From Octopus sinensis (lineage: Eukaryota): a stretch of 64,000 nucleotides of DNA. Below, one piece after another: positions 27,046 to 40,541 of the stretch (positions within the stretch are counted from its first letter, which is position 1; each line of letters opens with the position of its first letter). The stretch lies in contig NC_043001.1 in NCBI RefSeq assembly GCF_006345805.1, positions 42,470,001 through 42,534,000 of the forward strand, read 5' to 3'. The notes beneath the pieces are model-generated. The model worked only from the letters and a program-made list of their open reading frames with translations, made no database searches and was not told the origin of the DNA. The translations under genes and the position numbers were made by a program.

Positions 27046-27254
27046 AAAGACATCTCGATATCATACAATGGGTTATTTCTTTTAATTACAGTTTGTTTGT
27101 TTTTTTGTTTTTGTTTTGTCATTTAATCATTATTTGTTGTTGCATTAAGGTTTCAAAGAGGATTTGGTAATTTTCCTGCAGACAAATTTTTAATTTTAAA
27201 ATATTGTTAGTAAATTTATTCAATGTTGCATTCCCTCTTTGTTTCTAATTTCAG

Positions 27255-27361
27255 TGCAAAAGTATTAGTGAGAGGAGAACCAAATGTGTCCTACATCTGT
27301 TCGAGATATTACCGAGCCCCAGAATTGATATTTGGTGCTACAGATTACACATGTCAAATAG
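27255..27361 (+). CDS. GSK3B: GSK-3 exon equivalent to human exon 6 ([35 protein letters not shown])
   Basis: TTTCAG/GTATAG boundaries. 107 nt. Activation loop with the Y216 equivalent. Confidence 0.99.
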
Positions 27362-27759
27362 GTATAGTTGTTATTCTATTGTGTATTCATGTCAATTCTC
27401 AATGGGAGTAAATACTTGAGAGAGGATGTTCAACTGTATGAAGTTAAATTTCACTTTTATCATATTTTTCTCCTTTTTACCAACTAGCCACCTCAAGAAC
27501 AATGCTGAAATACACATCATTTAAACTTTACTGCTCTCATGTGACTAAGCTTACTGTTTCTATTTCTGATATACCCAATTAGTCTTTGCATCTATAAAAA
27601 TTACCTTCTATAACCTGAAATTCCAACGTTTTGAAAATATTTGAAAATTGAGGTGGGTGGTCTGGTAAGAATACTTTTCGTCTTATTGAACAATAAATAG
27701 ACATCTTTGTGACAATTGAAACAATTTTTAGTGTTTCTAAGATTCTTAAATTCTGTTCT

Positions 27760-28520
27760 GGCAGACACCCCCAAGTGATAAGTAGGCTGTTCCACTACCG
27801 ATAAATAGTGGACAGTCACGCAGATGATGAAATACATCATCATAATGCAGAACATATCAGTGGCGATGAGGATTTGAACTACACACATTGAAGACATATC
27901 AGTGGCGACGAGGATACCTCCCACTGTATGACGGTGCCATTATAACAGTGGTAACAAGGTTACAAATGCTCGTAAGTGTGTCGAAATGGAAGAACTACAC
28001 ACAGTGAAAAACTTGAAGGAGGATTTGAACTAACACAGAACTGAACTACACACGGTGAAAAATATATAAATTCTATTGAAAAAAGATGCTGAAGAAGAAA
28101 ATGTCAGAAAAATCCCAAAATAGGATTTGAACTCACAAAGAACTGAACTACACGTAGTGAAAAATAATATACACACAGTGAAAAGTATATATATTCTATT
28201 GCAAAAAGATTCTGAAGAAAAAAATGTCTGATAAAACTGGAACTCTAACACAGAACTGAACTACACACTGAAAAATAATAAATCCCGTTTGAAGGATTTA
28301 AATCAGGTCGCTATGTGTTAGTAGTGCTACTAGCAAACAATGTAGACTGGTACTACCTGCAGTATTCTGAAGAAAGAAAATAATGTTGTGTGAAAGAAAA
28401 AAGAAAAATTTCAAAGTGGGGAGGTGTTGTGTAAGACACCCCCAAGTGAGAAGTTGGCTGTTCCGCTACTGATAAATAGTGGACAGACACAGCAAGCAGG
28501 GTCAGTAAGCAAGGTACACT
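27760..28520. repeat. Patchwork of degenerate direct repeats
   Basis: Recurrent modules GAACT(GAACT)ACACAC.GTGAAAA, AGGATTTGAACT, TTCTATTG.AAAAGAT.CTGAAGAA and GACACCCCCAAGTGA.AAGT.GGCTGTTCC (27764, 28435). Confidence 0.8.
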
Positions 28521-28552
28521 GTTCGGGCCAGTCATGCAGAGGATGAAATATG

Positions 28553-28833
28553 TCAGCAGCAGATATGACATCATCTCATCACTGCCATACTGGTTCCTAG
28601 CCAAGTGGGTTTTTTTTTTTTTCATATTAAGGAACAGTTGGTAGTCAAATGCAGACAAAGAGAGGAGGATCAACCATTTCAAAGCCACAGTCATGCACAG
28701 CAGCCATTGAAAGCAAGGACTTGTGTGCTGGACCATTGTCCTAATGAAACAAAACCCCTTTTGTCAGTTTTCCTGAGTGTTTGGTCTTGATAGTATTTCA
28801 TAACTGTCTCAGCAAGTTGGCATAGTACACTCA
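28553..28833 (-). mobile_element. Mariner-B fragment duplicated from 31100-31376
   Basis: About 95% identical to 31100-31376 and shares its deletion. Confidence 0.85.
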
Positions 28834-30149
28834 AAATGTCATAATGCAGGACATATCAAATTCACTGACACAAACAAACATTATTATATATTATGAGTTC
28901 ACGTGTTGCATTTTAAAAGTTATCATCATCTTAACAGCCATCTACTATGTTGACATGAGTTGGACAGTTTGATTGGATCTGACTACTTAGAGGACCATGT
29001 CAAGCTCCAGTGTCTGCTTTGGAAAGGTTTCTACAGTTAGATGCCCTTTTTTATGGCAACCACTTCACAAAGTATACTAGTTATATTTTCCATGGCACCA
29101 GCACTAGTGAGGTTGCCAGGTAACTCACTATACAAAGAAAATCTCTCTTTACTGCTGTTAAGAGGCTATAATAGAAGTACAGGAACAAGTGTCTTGCTGT
29201 AGAGGAGATACATAGTTACTCTGTATTTTATAAGGGTGGTTAGGAGTAACTGCAAAGAAAGATAAAGTTGGTGGTAATTAGGTATCAGGGTGTACCCATC
29301 AAGGTACAAGAAAGCTAATAGAAGAGAAGATAGGGGGAGAAAGTTGGGAAGGGTGTGTGGGTTGGTTCATGACAGTATGTGACTAATGAATGGTGAATAA
29401 GGGTGGAAGCATTGTCAATGGTAAATATATTTGGGGGTGAGGTGATAAGATATAGGAGTGGTTCATGATGGATGAGGTGATGAGTGGCAGTGCAGAAAGA
29501 GTGGACAGCAGCTGAATAATAAAACTAGATTGATGAGAAATATGGAGATTATATATGGGGGTGGGTGAGGGAAAACAAAGCATACAGTGACAGATAGAGA
29601 ACAGAGATATATAGGGTTGGATATAGCGAGTGATGGACAAAGGTGGAGGTTGTTGATGGCAGATATAAGAGAGTGTTAAGAATGAGGTATAGCAGTTATA
29701 CAGTATAACTCAGAGGAAAGGGTGCAATAGCTGATGGCACAGAAAGAGTAAGGATAATATTGAGAATAAGGGCTGAATGTCAAAAGAAAGTGGTTGTAGG
29801 GAGAGGGATAACTGGTAGCACAAAAAGGAGATGAAATATGTAATTTTGCTCTCATATAATTGCAGCAACTAAATAGGGCTATAGTTAGAAGAATGATGGA
29901 GGTGTAGTTGATCAGATGAGATGTATGCTTGAAAGGAACAGATTAGGTGCTAGGACAGGATCTAGTTGTATTTATAGACAAAAACTTTTAGGATATCAAT
30001 TATGCTGTGATGGACAGGTATTCTCAAACACACTGAATTGCCAATCATCTTGGTCCTTTGTTATCTCTTCTGTAAGGCTCAACCTCCTGATTTTTCTTTT
30101 CAACAAAAGAAAGTAAATGTACTTTATTAACTCTTTATATTTCTTTTGG

Positions 30150-30720
30150 TCGTCTGCTAGCCTTGTCTGGCACCTGTGTCGGTGGCACATAAAAACACCA
30201 TCCGAGCGTGGCCGTTCGCCGGCTTCGTCTGGCACCTGTGTCGGTGGCACATAAAAACACCATCCGAGCGTGGCCGTTCGCCAGCCTCGTCTGGCACCTG
30301 TGTCGGTGGCACATAAAATCACCCACTACACTCTCGGAGTGGTTGGCGTTAGGAAGGGCATCCAGCTGTAGAAACACTGCCAGATCTGACTGGCCTGGTG
30401 CAGCCTTCGGGCTCCCCAGACCCCAGTTGAACCGTCCAACCCATGCTAGCATGGAAAGCGGACGTTAAATGATGATGATGATGATGACATTTATTCACCA
30501 TCATCATTGTCATTTTTTACATCCACCTTTGATGTTGGCATTGGTTGGATGGTTAGACAGGACCCAATGAAATCTGAGGACCACATCTTACTCCAGCATT
30601 TCAGTTTTGGCATGGTTTCTAAAGCTGGATACCTTTCCTAAGACCAACCACTTTATACAATGTACTGGATGCCTTTTTTGTGGCACCAGCACTGGTGAGG
30701 TTGCAATGTAAATTCCAAAA
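30150..30720. mobile_element. Tail-to-tail RTE-A pair: + copy 30150-30487, older - copy 30500-30720
   Basis: A (GAT)n tail is directly followed by a (CAT)n tail. Confidence 0.85.
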
Positions 30721-30926
30721 CTAAAGGAAGAGGGGGAATAGGAGATGGAGTGGTTACTTCACGTAAGGTGTTAATATTTGATGAGAGGAGTGGGGATAAG
30801 TTTGTTGTGGAGGTGATTCCTAGTTACTTTTCATTTTCATGGCAGTGGGGAGGAGTAGACTGGTGCCATAAAGAGCAGTAAATATAATGGTGATGAGGTG
30901 CCAGAATATCCCCCTCAAGCTGAATA

Positions 30927-32340
30927 CAAGAGTTGGCTGAAAAGTTCATAGGCTGACCAAGATACTCATGAAATGTGACCAAATAAGGTTTATTTTTCAA
31001 ATTGTCCCCTTTGATGTCCACATCTTTCTTCCATTGGTGTTAACAGTGCTTGGATCCCAATGCTGAAGAAGCTTTTATCCTGTTGGACAAAAGAAATCAT
31101 CAGCAGCAGATATGACATCATCTCATCACTGCCATACTGGTTCCTAGCCAAATGTTGGTTTTTTTTCATATTAAGGAACAGTTGGTAGTCAAATGCAGCC
31201 AAAGAGAGGGGGATCAACCAGTTCAAAGCCACAGTCATGCACAGCAACCATTGAAAGTAAGGACTTGTGTGCTGGACCATTGTCCTAATGAAACAAAACC
31301 CCTTTTGTCAGTTTTCCTGAGTGTTTGGTCTTGATAGTATTTCATAACTGCCTCAGGAAGTTGGCATAGTACACTCTGTTAATGATGTGTCCCTTTTGAA
31401 GATAGTCAAAAATGCAATGTCTTTTGCACCTCAAAAAATTCAGGCTATTACCTTTCTTGGAAATGAAACAACCTTGACCTTCTTTGGAACAAGAGAGAAG
31501 GGGTTTTTACACTGCATGGATTGTCTCTTTGTCTCTAGCCCAAAGTGATCGAGCCAACACTCACTCAATCTGGGTTAGGAAATGTTCACAGAAACCAGCT
31601 GGATTTGAAACAGCGTCAGATTTTCCTGTGGTGTGATGAACCTGGTGTGCTTTTGATCAAGTGTCAGAAGACATGGTACCCACCGAGCAGAAACCATTGT
31701 CATGCCAAGTTCATTGTGCAGAATATTCTCAATTCTTTCATGGGATATGCTAATCATCATCATCATCCAATGTTTTAAATCCGGGTTTTGTCCCTTAACG
31801 GGGGTAGTTGGATCTACCTCAATGCCATAGCAACCGAGGTAGGTAGGTGTAGCCCATACCAATCCTTAGGCTGGCTGGTGCCCATTCTCCTTTGCTATCA
31901 TGAGGCTTTTTTGGAGCTGGATTTTCTATGAGGAGCATGCCCTTGCTTACCCCCAACTTCAGTTTCTAGACAAGTGTGGTCCCGAGACCAAGGCTTCTAC
32001 TACAAGTTTTAAGAAATGTGGTGGAAAACTAGCTCAGGAAAGCAGGGGAGCTACTCTCTGAGACCCCTTTCGGAGCCCCCCTACCATAGCATTGGCTATT
32101 TGATTTATAGTCGATCGCCTGTCATCTATCAACATGTGCTGAATACATCAATGATTTCCTTAGTGGAGGTAGTTGGAAGCCTCAGGTCATCTTCAAGACT
32201 CTTCCTTCCTCTCCTAAATTCAACTGTTGACTTTTGCACTATTGATGAAGCTGGTGTGTCAGCCCCTAATGTAGTAGCCATGTCAGCTTGAATGTTATTG
32301 GAAGCTAAATCTATCATTGCAATGCCCCTGGGCATTTGAG
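30927..32340 (-). mobile_element. Mariner family B copy, 5'-truncated, interrupted at about 31761-32085 (RTE-B tail + unclassified sequence)
   Basis: Same TIR at 30927 after a TA. VSARWVPCLLTLDQK in ORF 31575-31862. Confidence 0.85.
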
Positions 32341-32450
32341 GAAATGTATTTCTTGTGTATTCTTAGTGTTCATTGCTCTTGTGCATCTGCTACAAAGGAA
32401 GCCTACTTTCTCTGTTGATCTTTTTGTATTTTGTGTGCCTGTGTATTATG

Positions 32451-32454
<4 letters not shown>

Positions 32455-32526
<72 letters not shown>
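32455..32526. repeat. (TA)n microsatellite (others near 1560, 2670, 7825, 20110, 57780)
   Basis: Direct reading. Confidence 0.95.
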
Positions 32527-32528
<2 letters not shown>

Positions 32529-32832
32529 TTATGTATATATACATAATACTGTATAAGAATTTATACATGGAGAGAAGATCACCATGTAGACTCCTTACAT
32601 CTTAGAGAGGGCAGTCAGAACACAAGCCACAACAAAAAAAAATTCTTACTTATTTCACATTGCTTATTGCCGTCTCTAGCATGTAAGGAATCCACATGGT
32701 GGTCTTCTCTGCCTGTACACATTCTTACACATTATTATATATAACAATATCTTCTGACTTTTATTACGCATGCTCACCACTGGTATAAATTATTAATATA
32801 GTTTAATAATGCTTACCCTCTATGTATGTGTG

Positions 32833-32863
<31 letters not shown>

Positions 32864-32887
32864 GTGTATGTATGTAAATATATATAT

Positions 32888-34722
32888 ATGAAGTGGTGAA
32901 GCACGACCTTCGAACATTAGGCCTCACCAAGGAAATGACTAGCGACCGAGACTTTTGGAAATATGCTGTGCTCGAGAAGACCCAACAAACCAAATGAGAC
33001 CATAACCTGTGGCCTATGCCAGGAGCGTAACCAGCCCGCTTATGCATACCTTTTCCTTCTTTGGTCACTAAACTCTGCTTGTGAAGACCTGTTGAGGCAA
33101 GTAAAATCAAATCAAACTCAATTCGATGACTGGCATCCATGCTAGCAGGGTGCAAAGAGCACCATACGAGTGTGATCGTTGACAGAGCGGCTATTCGAGT
33201 ATGATCGTTACCAGTGTCGCCTTGCTGGCACTTATGCCTGTGCTCATAGAATGCCAAGAGCACCATCCGAGCTTGATCGTTGCCAGAGCAGCCAACTGGC
33301 TTGCCAGCCCTCAGTCAAAATCGTCCAACCCAAGCTAGCATGGAAAGCGGACGTTAAACAATGATTATGTATGTATGTATGTGTATATACATATAGACCG
33401 AGACCTTTGGAAGTATGCTATGCATGAGAAGACCCGGCAGGACAAGTGAGACCAGTCCACTTATGCATACCTTTCCTTCTTGGGACACAAAACTCTACTT
33501 GTGAAGACCTGTTGAGGCAAGTGAGAATCGAAATCGATCAACATCAATGGAAATTGCAGCTGTGATACCAGTACCGGTGGCACATAAGAGAACCATCCGA
33601 ACGTGGCCGTTGCCAGCGCCGCCCCGACTAGCCTCGTGCCGGTGGCACATAAAAAGTACCATCCGATCGTGGCCGTTTGCCAGCCCCGTCTGGCACCTGT
33701 GCCGGTGGCACGTAAAAAGCACCCACTACACTCACGGAGTGGTTGAAGTTAGGAAGAGCATCCAGCCGTAGAAACATTGCCAGATCAGACTGGGCCTGGT
33801 GCAGCCTTCTGGCTTCCCAGACCCCAGTTGATATATATATATATGTATATCATCATCATTGTTTAACGTCTGCTTTCCATGCTAGCATGGGTTGGACAAT
33901 TTGACTGAGGTCTGGCGAACCAGATGGCTGCACCAGACTCCAATCTGATCTGGCAGAGTTTCTATGGCTGGATGCCCTTCCTAACGCTAACCACTCCGAG
34001 AGTGTAGTGGGTGCTTTTATGTGCCACCGGCACAAGAGCCAGTCAGGTGGTATTGGCAGCAGCCATGCTCAAATGGTGCTTTTTATGTGCCACCTGCACA
34101 GGAGCCAGTCCAGCGGCACTGGCAACAATCTTGTTCGAATGTTTTTTCACATGCCACCAGCACAAGTGCCAGTAAGGTGACGTAGGTAACAATCACGCTC
34201 GAATGGTGTCTTTTTACATGCTATCGGCACGGAGGCCAGCTTGCTGTAGCAACGATCACACTCGTATGGTACTCTTAGCACTCCACTAGCACGGATGTCA
34301 GTCATCAAATTTGATTTCAATTTCACTTGCCTCAACAGGTCTTACCTTAGCTGGTGCTCTCGTTCAGAGTAAAAGGCAGACTGTATGACGCATGTGTACG
34401 AACAGCCATGCTACATGGCAGTGAAACATGGGCCGTGACTGCTGAGGACATGTGTAAGCTCGCAAGGAATGAAGCCAGTATGCTCCGCTGAATGTCTAAT
34501 GTCAGTATGCATACTCGACAGAGTGTAAGTACCTTGAGAGAAAAGTTGGACCTAAGAAGCATCAGATGTGGTGTGCAAGAGAGACGACTGTGCTGGTATG
34601 GTCCTGTGTCGAGAATGGATGAGGATAGCTGTGTGAAAAAGTGCTGCACCCTAGAAGTTGAAGGAACCTGTGGAAGAGGTAGACCTAGGAAGACCTGGGA
34701 TGAGGTAGTGAAGGATGATATG
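32888..34722. mobile_element. RTE-A cluster: + 32888-33366, + 33395-33830, - 33851-34345, + RT segment 34347-34722
   Basis: RT peptides (TAMLHGSETWAVTAED, GRGRPRKTWDEVVK) and family-A 3'UTRs in both orientations. Confidence 0.85.
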
Positions 34723-34898
34723 CATTAGAACTGAACCTGAAACTATAGAAGTTTTATAGAAGCAAACTTCTTACCATACAGTCACAGTTGCACCTTTGAG
34801 AAAAAGTACTCAATACATGTATTAAGTCTATTTATTAGATGCTGATGATTCACACCATGGCTGTTTCATGTACAATTACACACCAGGCTCATTTGGTG

Positions 34899-36076
34899 TC
34901 AGGTCATCCCATAAGTTCTGTCTGATTTTACATTTTTTTAAAATTATTTTTATGCATCTGTGTACATTTAAACTTATTAAATATTATTTTACAGATTAAT
35001 AGAATTAAAATTTCTTTGATTAAAACCCTTTCTAACATGGAAGTATCCAAAGAGAATTTAAGGCACATAATGCTTTATGAGTACAAAAAAGGAAATTCTG
35101 TGGCCAAAACAACTCAAAACATACACTCAATTTATGGGAAAGATTGCTTGAATGAAAGAACTTGCAGAAGATGGTTTGCAAAATTCAGAAGTGGAGATTT
35201 CAGCTTTGAAGATGAAGATTGAACAGGACATCCAGAAGCAAATCCTGCATTATCAGTTGAAGTATTGGCAATAAAACTTTGTTCAAACCATACAACTGTT
35301 CATCATCATCTTCAGCAACTTGGAAAATGGGTGCCTCGTGAATTGTCCGAAAGCAACCGCAAATCCCAAGTTGACATCTGCTCTTCTCTCCATTCTTGCG
35401 AACTCATTTCACCCTTTTTGGATAAACTTGTGACTGGTGGTGAAAAATGGATCTTCTATCAAAATGTTAAACACCATAAACAGTGGCTTTGTAAAAGGAA
35501 AAATGCTCAACCACAACCAAGAAGGGAACTTCATGGGGAAAAGGTTCTTCTCTCTATCTGGTGGGATTGCAAAGGAGTAATTCACTTTGAATTGTTACCA
35601 CCTAATGCAACAATCAATGCTCAAGTCTACTGTCAGCAATTAGAGCATTTGAACCAAGCTTTGAAGAAAAAAAGACCTGCTTTAGTGAATCAAAAAGGAG
35701 TGATGTTTCATCAGGACAATGCGCGACCCCACACTGCAAAGATCACATCACAGAAGATCGAAGAGCTTGGTTGGGAAAAAATTCCTCATCCACCTTATTC
35801 TCCCAACCTTGCTCCTTCAGACTACCATTTGTTTTGTAGTTTACAGAATCATTTGGGTGGCATAACTTTCACAAGCCAGGAGGAGGTCGAAACTGACATT
35901 TCAGAGTTCTTCGCTTTGAAACCAAAAGAGTTTTACATTGATAGGATTTAAATAGATGGAAGGAAATCATAGATAATCAGAGAATGTACATTGATGATTA
36001 AATTTCAATTAAATATAACATTTGATCACTTGTTTTCTTTATTCAAAATTCAGGCAGAACTTATGGGATGACCTGA
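34899..36076 (+). mobile_element. Mariner (DD34D) family A, decayed transposase about 35037-35951
   Basis: TIR TCAGGTCATCCCATAAGTTCTG at both ends with a right TA. Motifs WVPREL, VTGGEKW (D>G), HQDNARPH, YSPNLAPSDYHLF. Confidence 0.95.
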
Positions 36077-36099
36077 TAGTATGTCTCATCAGCTTAGAA

Positions 36100-36550
36100 T
36101 CCTTTGCATGAAAACAAAACAGAGAATCAAGAGTCCTCAAATTAAACTTAGCAAAGACAACCCTACTGTTATCAAAGAACTGGCCAGGCTTGATATGTGG
36201 GAAAGGAACTGATAGAATTTTCATATGATGTACCCAGTTTAAATTACAAATGTACAGAAGATATAGTGGGATCACCAGCTGGCTGATGGAGAAGGTATTG
36301 TGAAAGATGCATGAGAGAGGTTGACAGTAAGCATACATGTGAAATAAATTCTTTCAAATGCCTAGAAAGTTTCCTAGAAGTAGTTTTTGTTGTGGGTCCA
36401 TAGTTTGCACTGGGTACACCATATGGGATTTCTACCTACACCTTTCTCATGTCAAGCAGGGCCATTTCCTTGAAGGAATTAATAATTTGCCTGCTTTCCT
36501 GCTTACTAGTACTTTGATCTTTGTTAAATTAACTCTAAGGCCCTTCTAAA
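36100..36550 (-). mobile_element. Old RTE RT fragment
   Basis: Homologous to 11700-12000 (CAAGCAGGGCCATTT...). Confidence 0.6.
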
Positions 36551-37126
36551 AAGCTGTTGGTACTCGGAAGGACATCCAACCATAGAAGTTATGCCAAATC
36601 AGACAGTTGAGCTTGGCATTGTCTTCTGACTTGCCAGCTCCTGTCAAATCATCCAACCCATGCCATTTTTTTCTTTTACTTTGGTTACTTGCCTACCTGA
36701 AAAATATAAAGGAATATGGCTAGGGAGTAGTTTTATTACCCTTTTGTGCAATGTATAAAACATCTTTGCTATAAAGACTAGCTGGCATAAACCCAGTATA
36801 GTTGTAATTATTATTCTGGCTTTAAGTACTTCATCATTTAGGGTGAGTATCAGGTGATATTGTCTAAACAATTAAACTAGCCAGTGGGGTAGAAAGATAG
36901 TGGTACCAGACTTAGAAAGTGAGAAAAGGGTTCAAGATTATTTTCCAGGTATATAGGTATGGAGAGTGACATGTTGGCATCTCCATGTGAGAAAAGTGCA
37001 ATAACCAGGAATTTTGTACTTTAAAGTTACAAAGTATAACTAAAGAAAGCTGCAATGTAGGATAGTTGGACACATTGCAGAAAGTGTAATGTATGTATGT
37101 ATATATTTATTTTCATAAAATGTTAA

Positions 37127-37375
<249 letters not shown>

Positions 37376-37747
37376 TAATTTATGTCTTTTTTTTCTCAAC
37401 CACTTTGTCTACAACATTATTTAGATTTCTAAAGTGTCTGTATGCTACAATTGTAAAAGCTTGGTTCATAAATGTAATTTAGCTGCACTCACACAGAAGT
37501 TGAATGAATTGTGCAGAGCTTTGATTGAAACTAAGAAGACAGTGCATGAACAGGAGCAAAATTCTGTCTCATTTACAGTCTTCCAGACAGTATTTTCAAC
37601 AGTGATGCTATTTATATATGGGGATTAAAAAGTGAATGTATTTCTGACAGCAGAATTTGTTTTCATTCTGTTTCCATAAAATTGATATCAACTGGTCACA
37701 GTACTCAAACAGAACAAACAAGATTACATAATCTTGGGTTCCTCGTA

Positions 37748-38313
37748 CAGGGTGTCCCACAGTCACTGGATGGATTTCAATTTTTAATAACTTCCTTAAC
37801 TTTACAAATAAAGGCATTAAATTTTGATACATTATAAAGGACATAATGGAAATTAATATGCACAAGTCAAATTTTGCAACAACACTACATTACATATGAA
37901 AAATGACATCACTTAAATGGCAGCTATTTTCAGCTTCACACACCCGTGCTCTTTCCAAAATTTGCACCATAACACTCTCAAGAGTTTCAGACCCTACTTC
38001 TCTGATTTCTCTATTGATGTTCTCCTTCAGTTGCACCAGGTCTCTTTCAGGTATCCTCACAAGAAAAAATCCGAGCTAGTCAAGTCTGGAGCATGTGAAG
38101 GCCATTCAAAATAGACCTCACACATGGTTCCAGCAAGATGGGCCAACTGCTCATACTGCGAGAAAAACAATGCAGTTGCTACAGCAGTGCTTTGGAGAAA
38201 GAATAATCTCTCACTACAGCAATGTCAGATGGCCTTTAAGCTCATGCAGTTATTTGTAAAGTTAAGGAAGTTATTAAAAATTGAAACCCATCAGTGACTT
38301 TTGGGACACCTTG
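37748..38313 (-). mobile_element. Non-autonomous Tc1/mariner DD41D (rosa)-like element, 566 bp, TIRs of about 63 bp
   Basis: TA-CAGGGTGTCCCA...TGGGACACCTTG-TA. WFQQDGPTAHTA on the + strand and WPSHAPDLTSSDFFL*GYLK on the - strand. Confidence 0.85.
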
Positions 38314-40541
38314 TACATGTGAAAATAACAGCATGGTCTTGGCTGGAATATCTTTAATCATATATCTGCCTGCTTACAGTTGACGAGAATAACAGCAAAC
38401 ACAAAAAGGTTATTCACTAGTAATTGCCAAGTTGTTAGAAGTAGCAATCAAATCCCCGTCAAAATCATATGCTGCCATCTTAAAAAGAATACATGATAAT
38501 GTTGGTCTTGCTACTACTGTTGGCTTACCATCCTAAAAAGGTTACTTGAGATAATGTTTCCTGGCTTTTATATAGTTGCTTGACCTGTTGCAAATAGCAG
38601 CCACATCTCATTTGAATTTCAGCTTACTGTTGTATGTATGTTTGTATAGTTGGTGCACCTGCTAAAATAGGGGCCATATTTCCTCAAATCACAACCTGTC
38701 TCAGAAATGTTTCATAATGTGCTTCTAGGTTCCTTGCATGTATAGAAAGCAGATATCTAAATCCTTCTGCAGTTATACGTGTCAATAAAAATTTCTATAA
38801 ACCTATAATCAACTGCAGGTTCTTTTAACTTCCATATCTTACTCCTCTATAACGTCTTCTGTCTCTGTCTATTCCTGACTCTAAAGTCTTGAGTTGTGCA
38901 TTCTTCACTAAGAAAGGTTTTGGTGTTTACAATGGCTCACCTAGCTTATTTTCAGTGAAAATGAAATCTGTCTGACTTAGTGCTTCCCAAATTGGTTGAA
39001 ATGTGTTGCACTCCTGGAGGCTTACACCCTCCTCACTTCTCAAACCCTATCCATAGCCTCTCTGGATATCAGCAAGGCCACTGTAGTACTGGTCAACATG
39101 TTAATTGACACTGTTAATTGTTGCTGATGTAGTCTACAGAAGGGGCTCATCAAAACAGTCCTTCTGTTTATTAGTCCTGACTGTGAGGCCTATATGGAAA
39201 TAAAATGTTGCCTTTTAGTTTTCTATTAGTCTCATCTTAATTATTCTGTCACACTCTGACTGCCTCAGTTTCTTTATCTATCTCCTCAATTACTTTCATC
39301 AGCATCATCATCATTGTGTGAAACTTGCTTGCTTATATACATATCATCATTCTAATATCCACTTTTCAATACTTGCATGAGTTGAATGGAATATCTCGAA
39401 GCAGATTTTCTGTGGTCAGACTCTCTTTCTGTTACCAACCCTCACTTATATATTCCAATACAGTCTCTTATCATCAATATCATTTTACATCAGTTTTGTT
39501 TTCCTTGCTGGACATTCCATTCCAACACAGTATCTTATCTTTTGTTGCATTCCTTTGTGTAGTTTATCATCCTGAATCATTTCTGTTCATGTCTTCCTTA
39601 GTTTTCTTCTTCGACACTTTCCTTCTACTTGGCTCTCCTGGCACACATTACATGTCCATACCAACACAGTTGTCTCTCTTGTGCACTACATCTGATTTTC
39701 CTTAAACCCAGTTTATCTCACAGCTCATCCAGATATGCAACTAGCATTAAACATTTTGCCAAGCATACTTATTTGTTTCTCTTCAACCATTACATAATAT
39801 CACTCTCTCTCACTCACACACACATGTACCCTCTCTCATGGCTGAGTTGGTAAACAGAAACTGAACAGCAACCTCTTTGCATGTATGGATGGATGTGTGC
39901 TAATGTTGATTTTCTGAAGCTTGTTACTATCTGAGTAGAACAGGGGTATATTATTTACATTTTGTGTTGACATTATGACTGATTTCTCTGTACTTTGAAA
40001 GACCTGTGGAATAAAAACATTTCTTTCTTAACAGACAATGAATGAACAGATACACAAACATTAAGGAATCAGATATTCTATGAATTATTCACAATGAAAT
40101 ATTTTGAGCCTATTTTGCTGTTATTATTTAGTCCTATTTCAGGCCTAATCAACCAGACCTATGATCAGACATTCCAGCTACGACCATTATTGCCTTGTGT
40201 ATTATATCCAATGTATTTTCATTTTACTTTGTTGTTATTGATAACAAATTGACTGCTATTTTTAATAGATTGAGCAATCATGTTGTAGTTCCTTTATTGG
40301 CTTGTCTATTCTAGTATACTAGAAGGTTCTGTTTAAATCACAGATTGAAAAGGATTTTGACTTCTAAAACCATTGTTGAAAAACAAGAAAAATTGTGCAT
40401 TGTAGCATTGTATATGTGTGTGTATAAATATTATCAATGATTGATGTTTTCTATAAATATTTTTTCTACTATACTTATTTTCAGTTAAGTTAATTGTTTT
40501 GTGTTAAACTTGGTTTTTGATTGTCACTATTTAATCATCAG

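Noticed and set aside
29150-29960. Purine-rich, G-tract-containing stretch (possible G4/triplex)
   Set aside because: The G-runs are irregular and the stretch continues from an old RTE-associated repeat; there is no specific signal.
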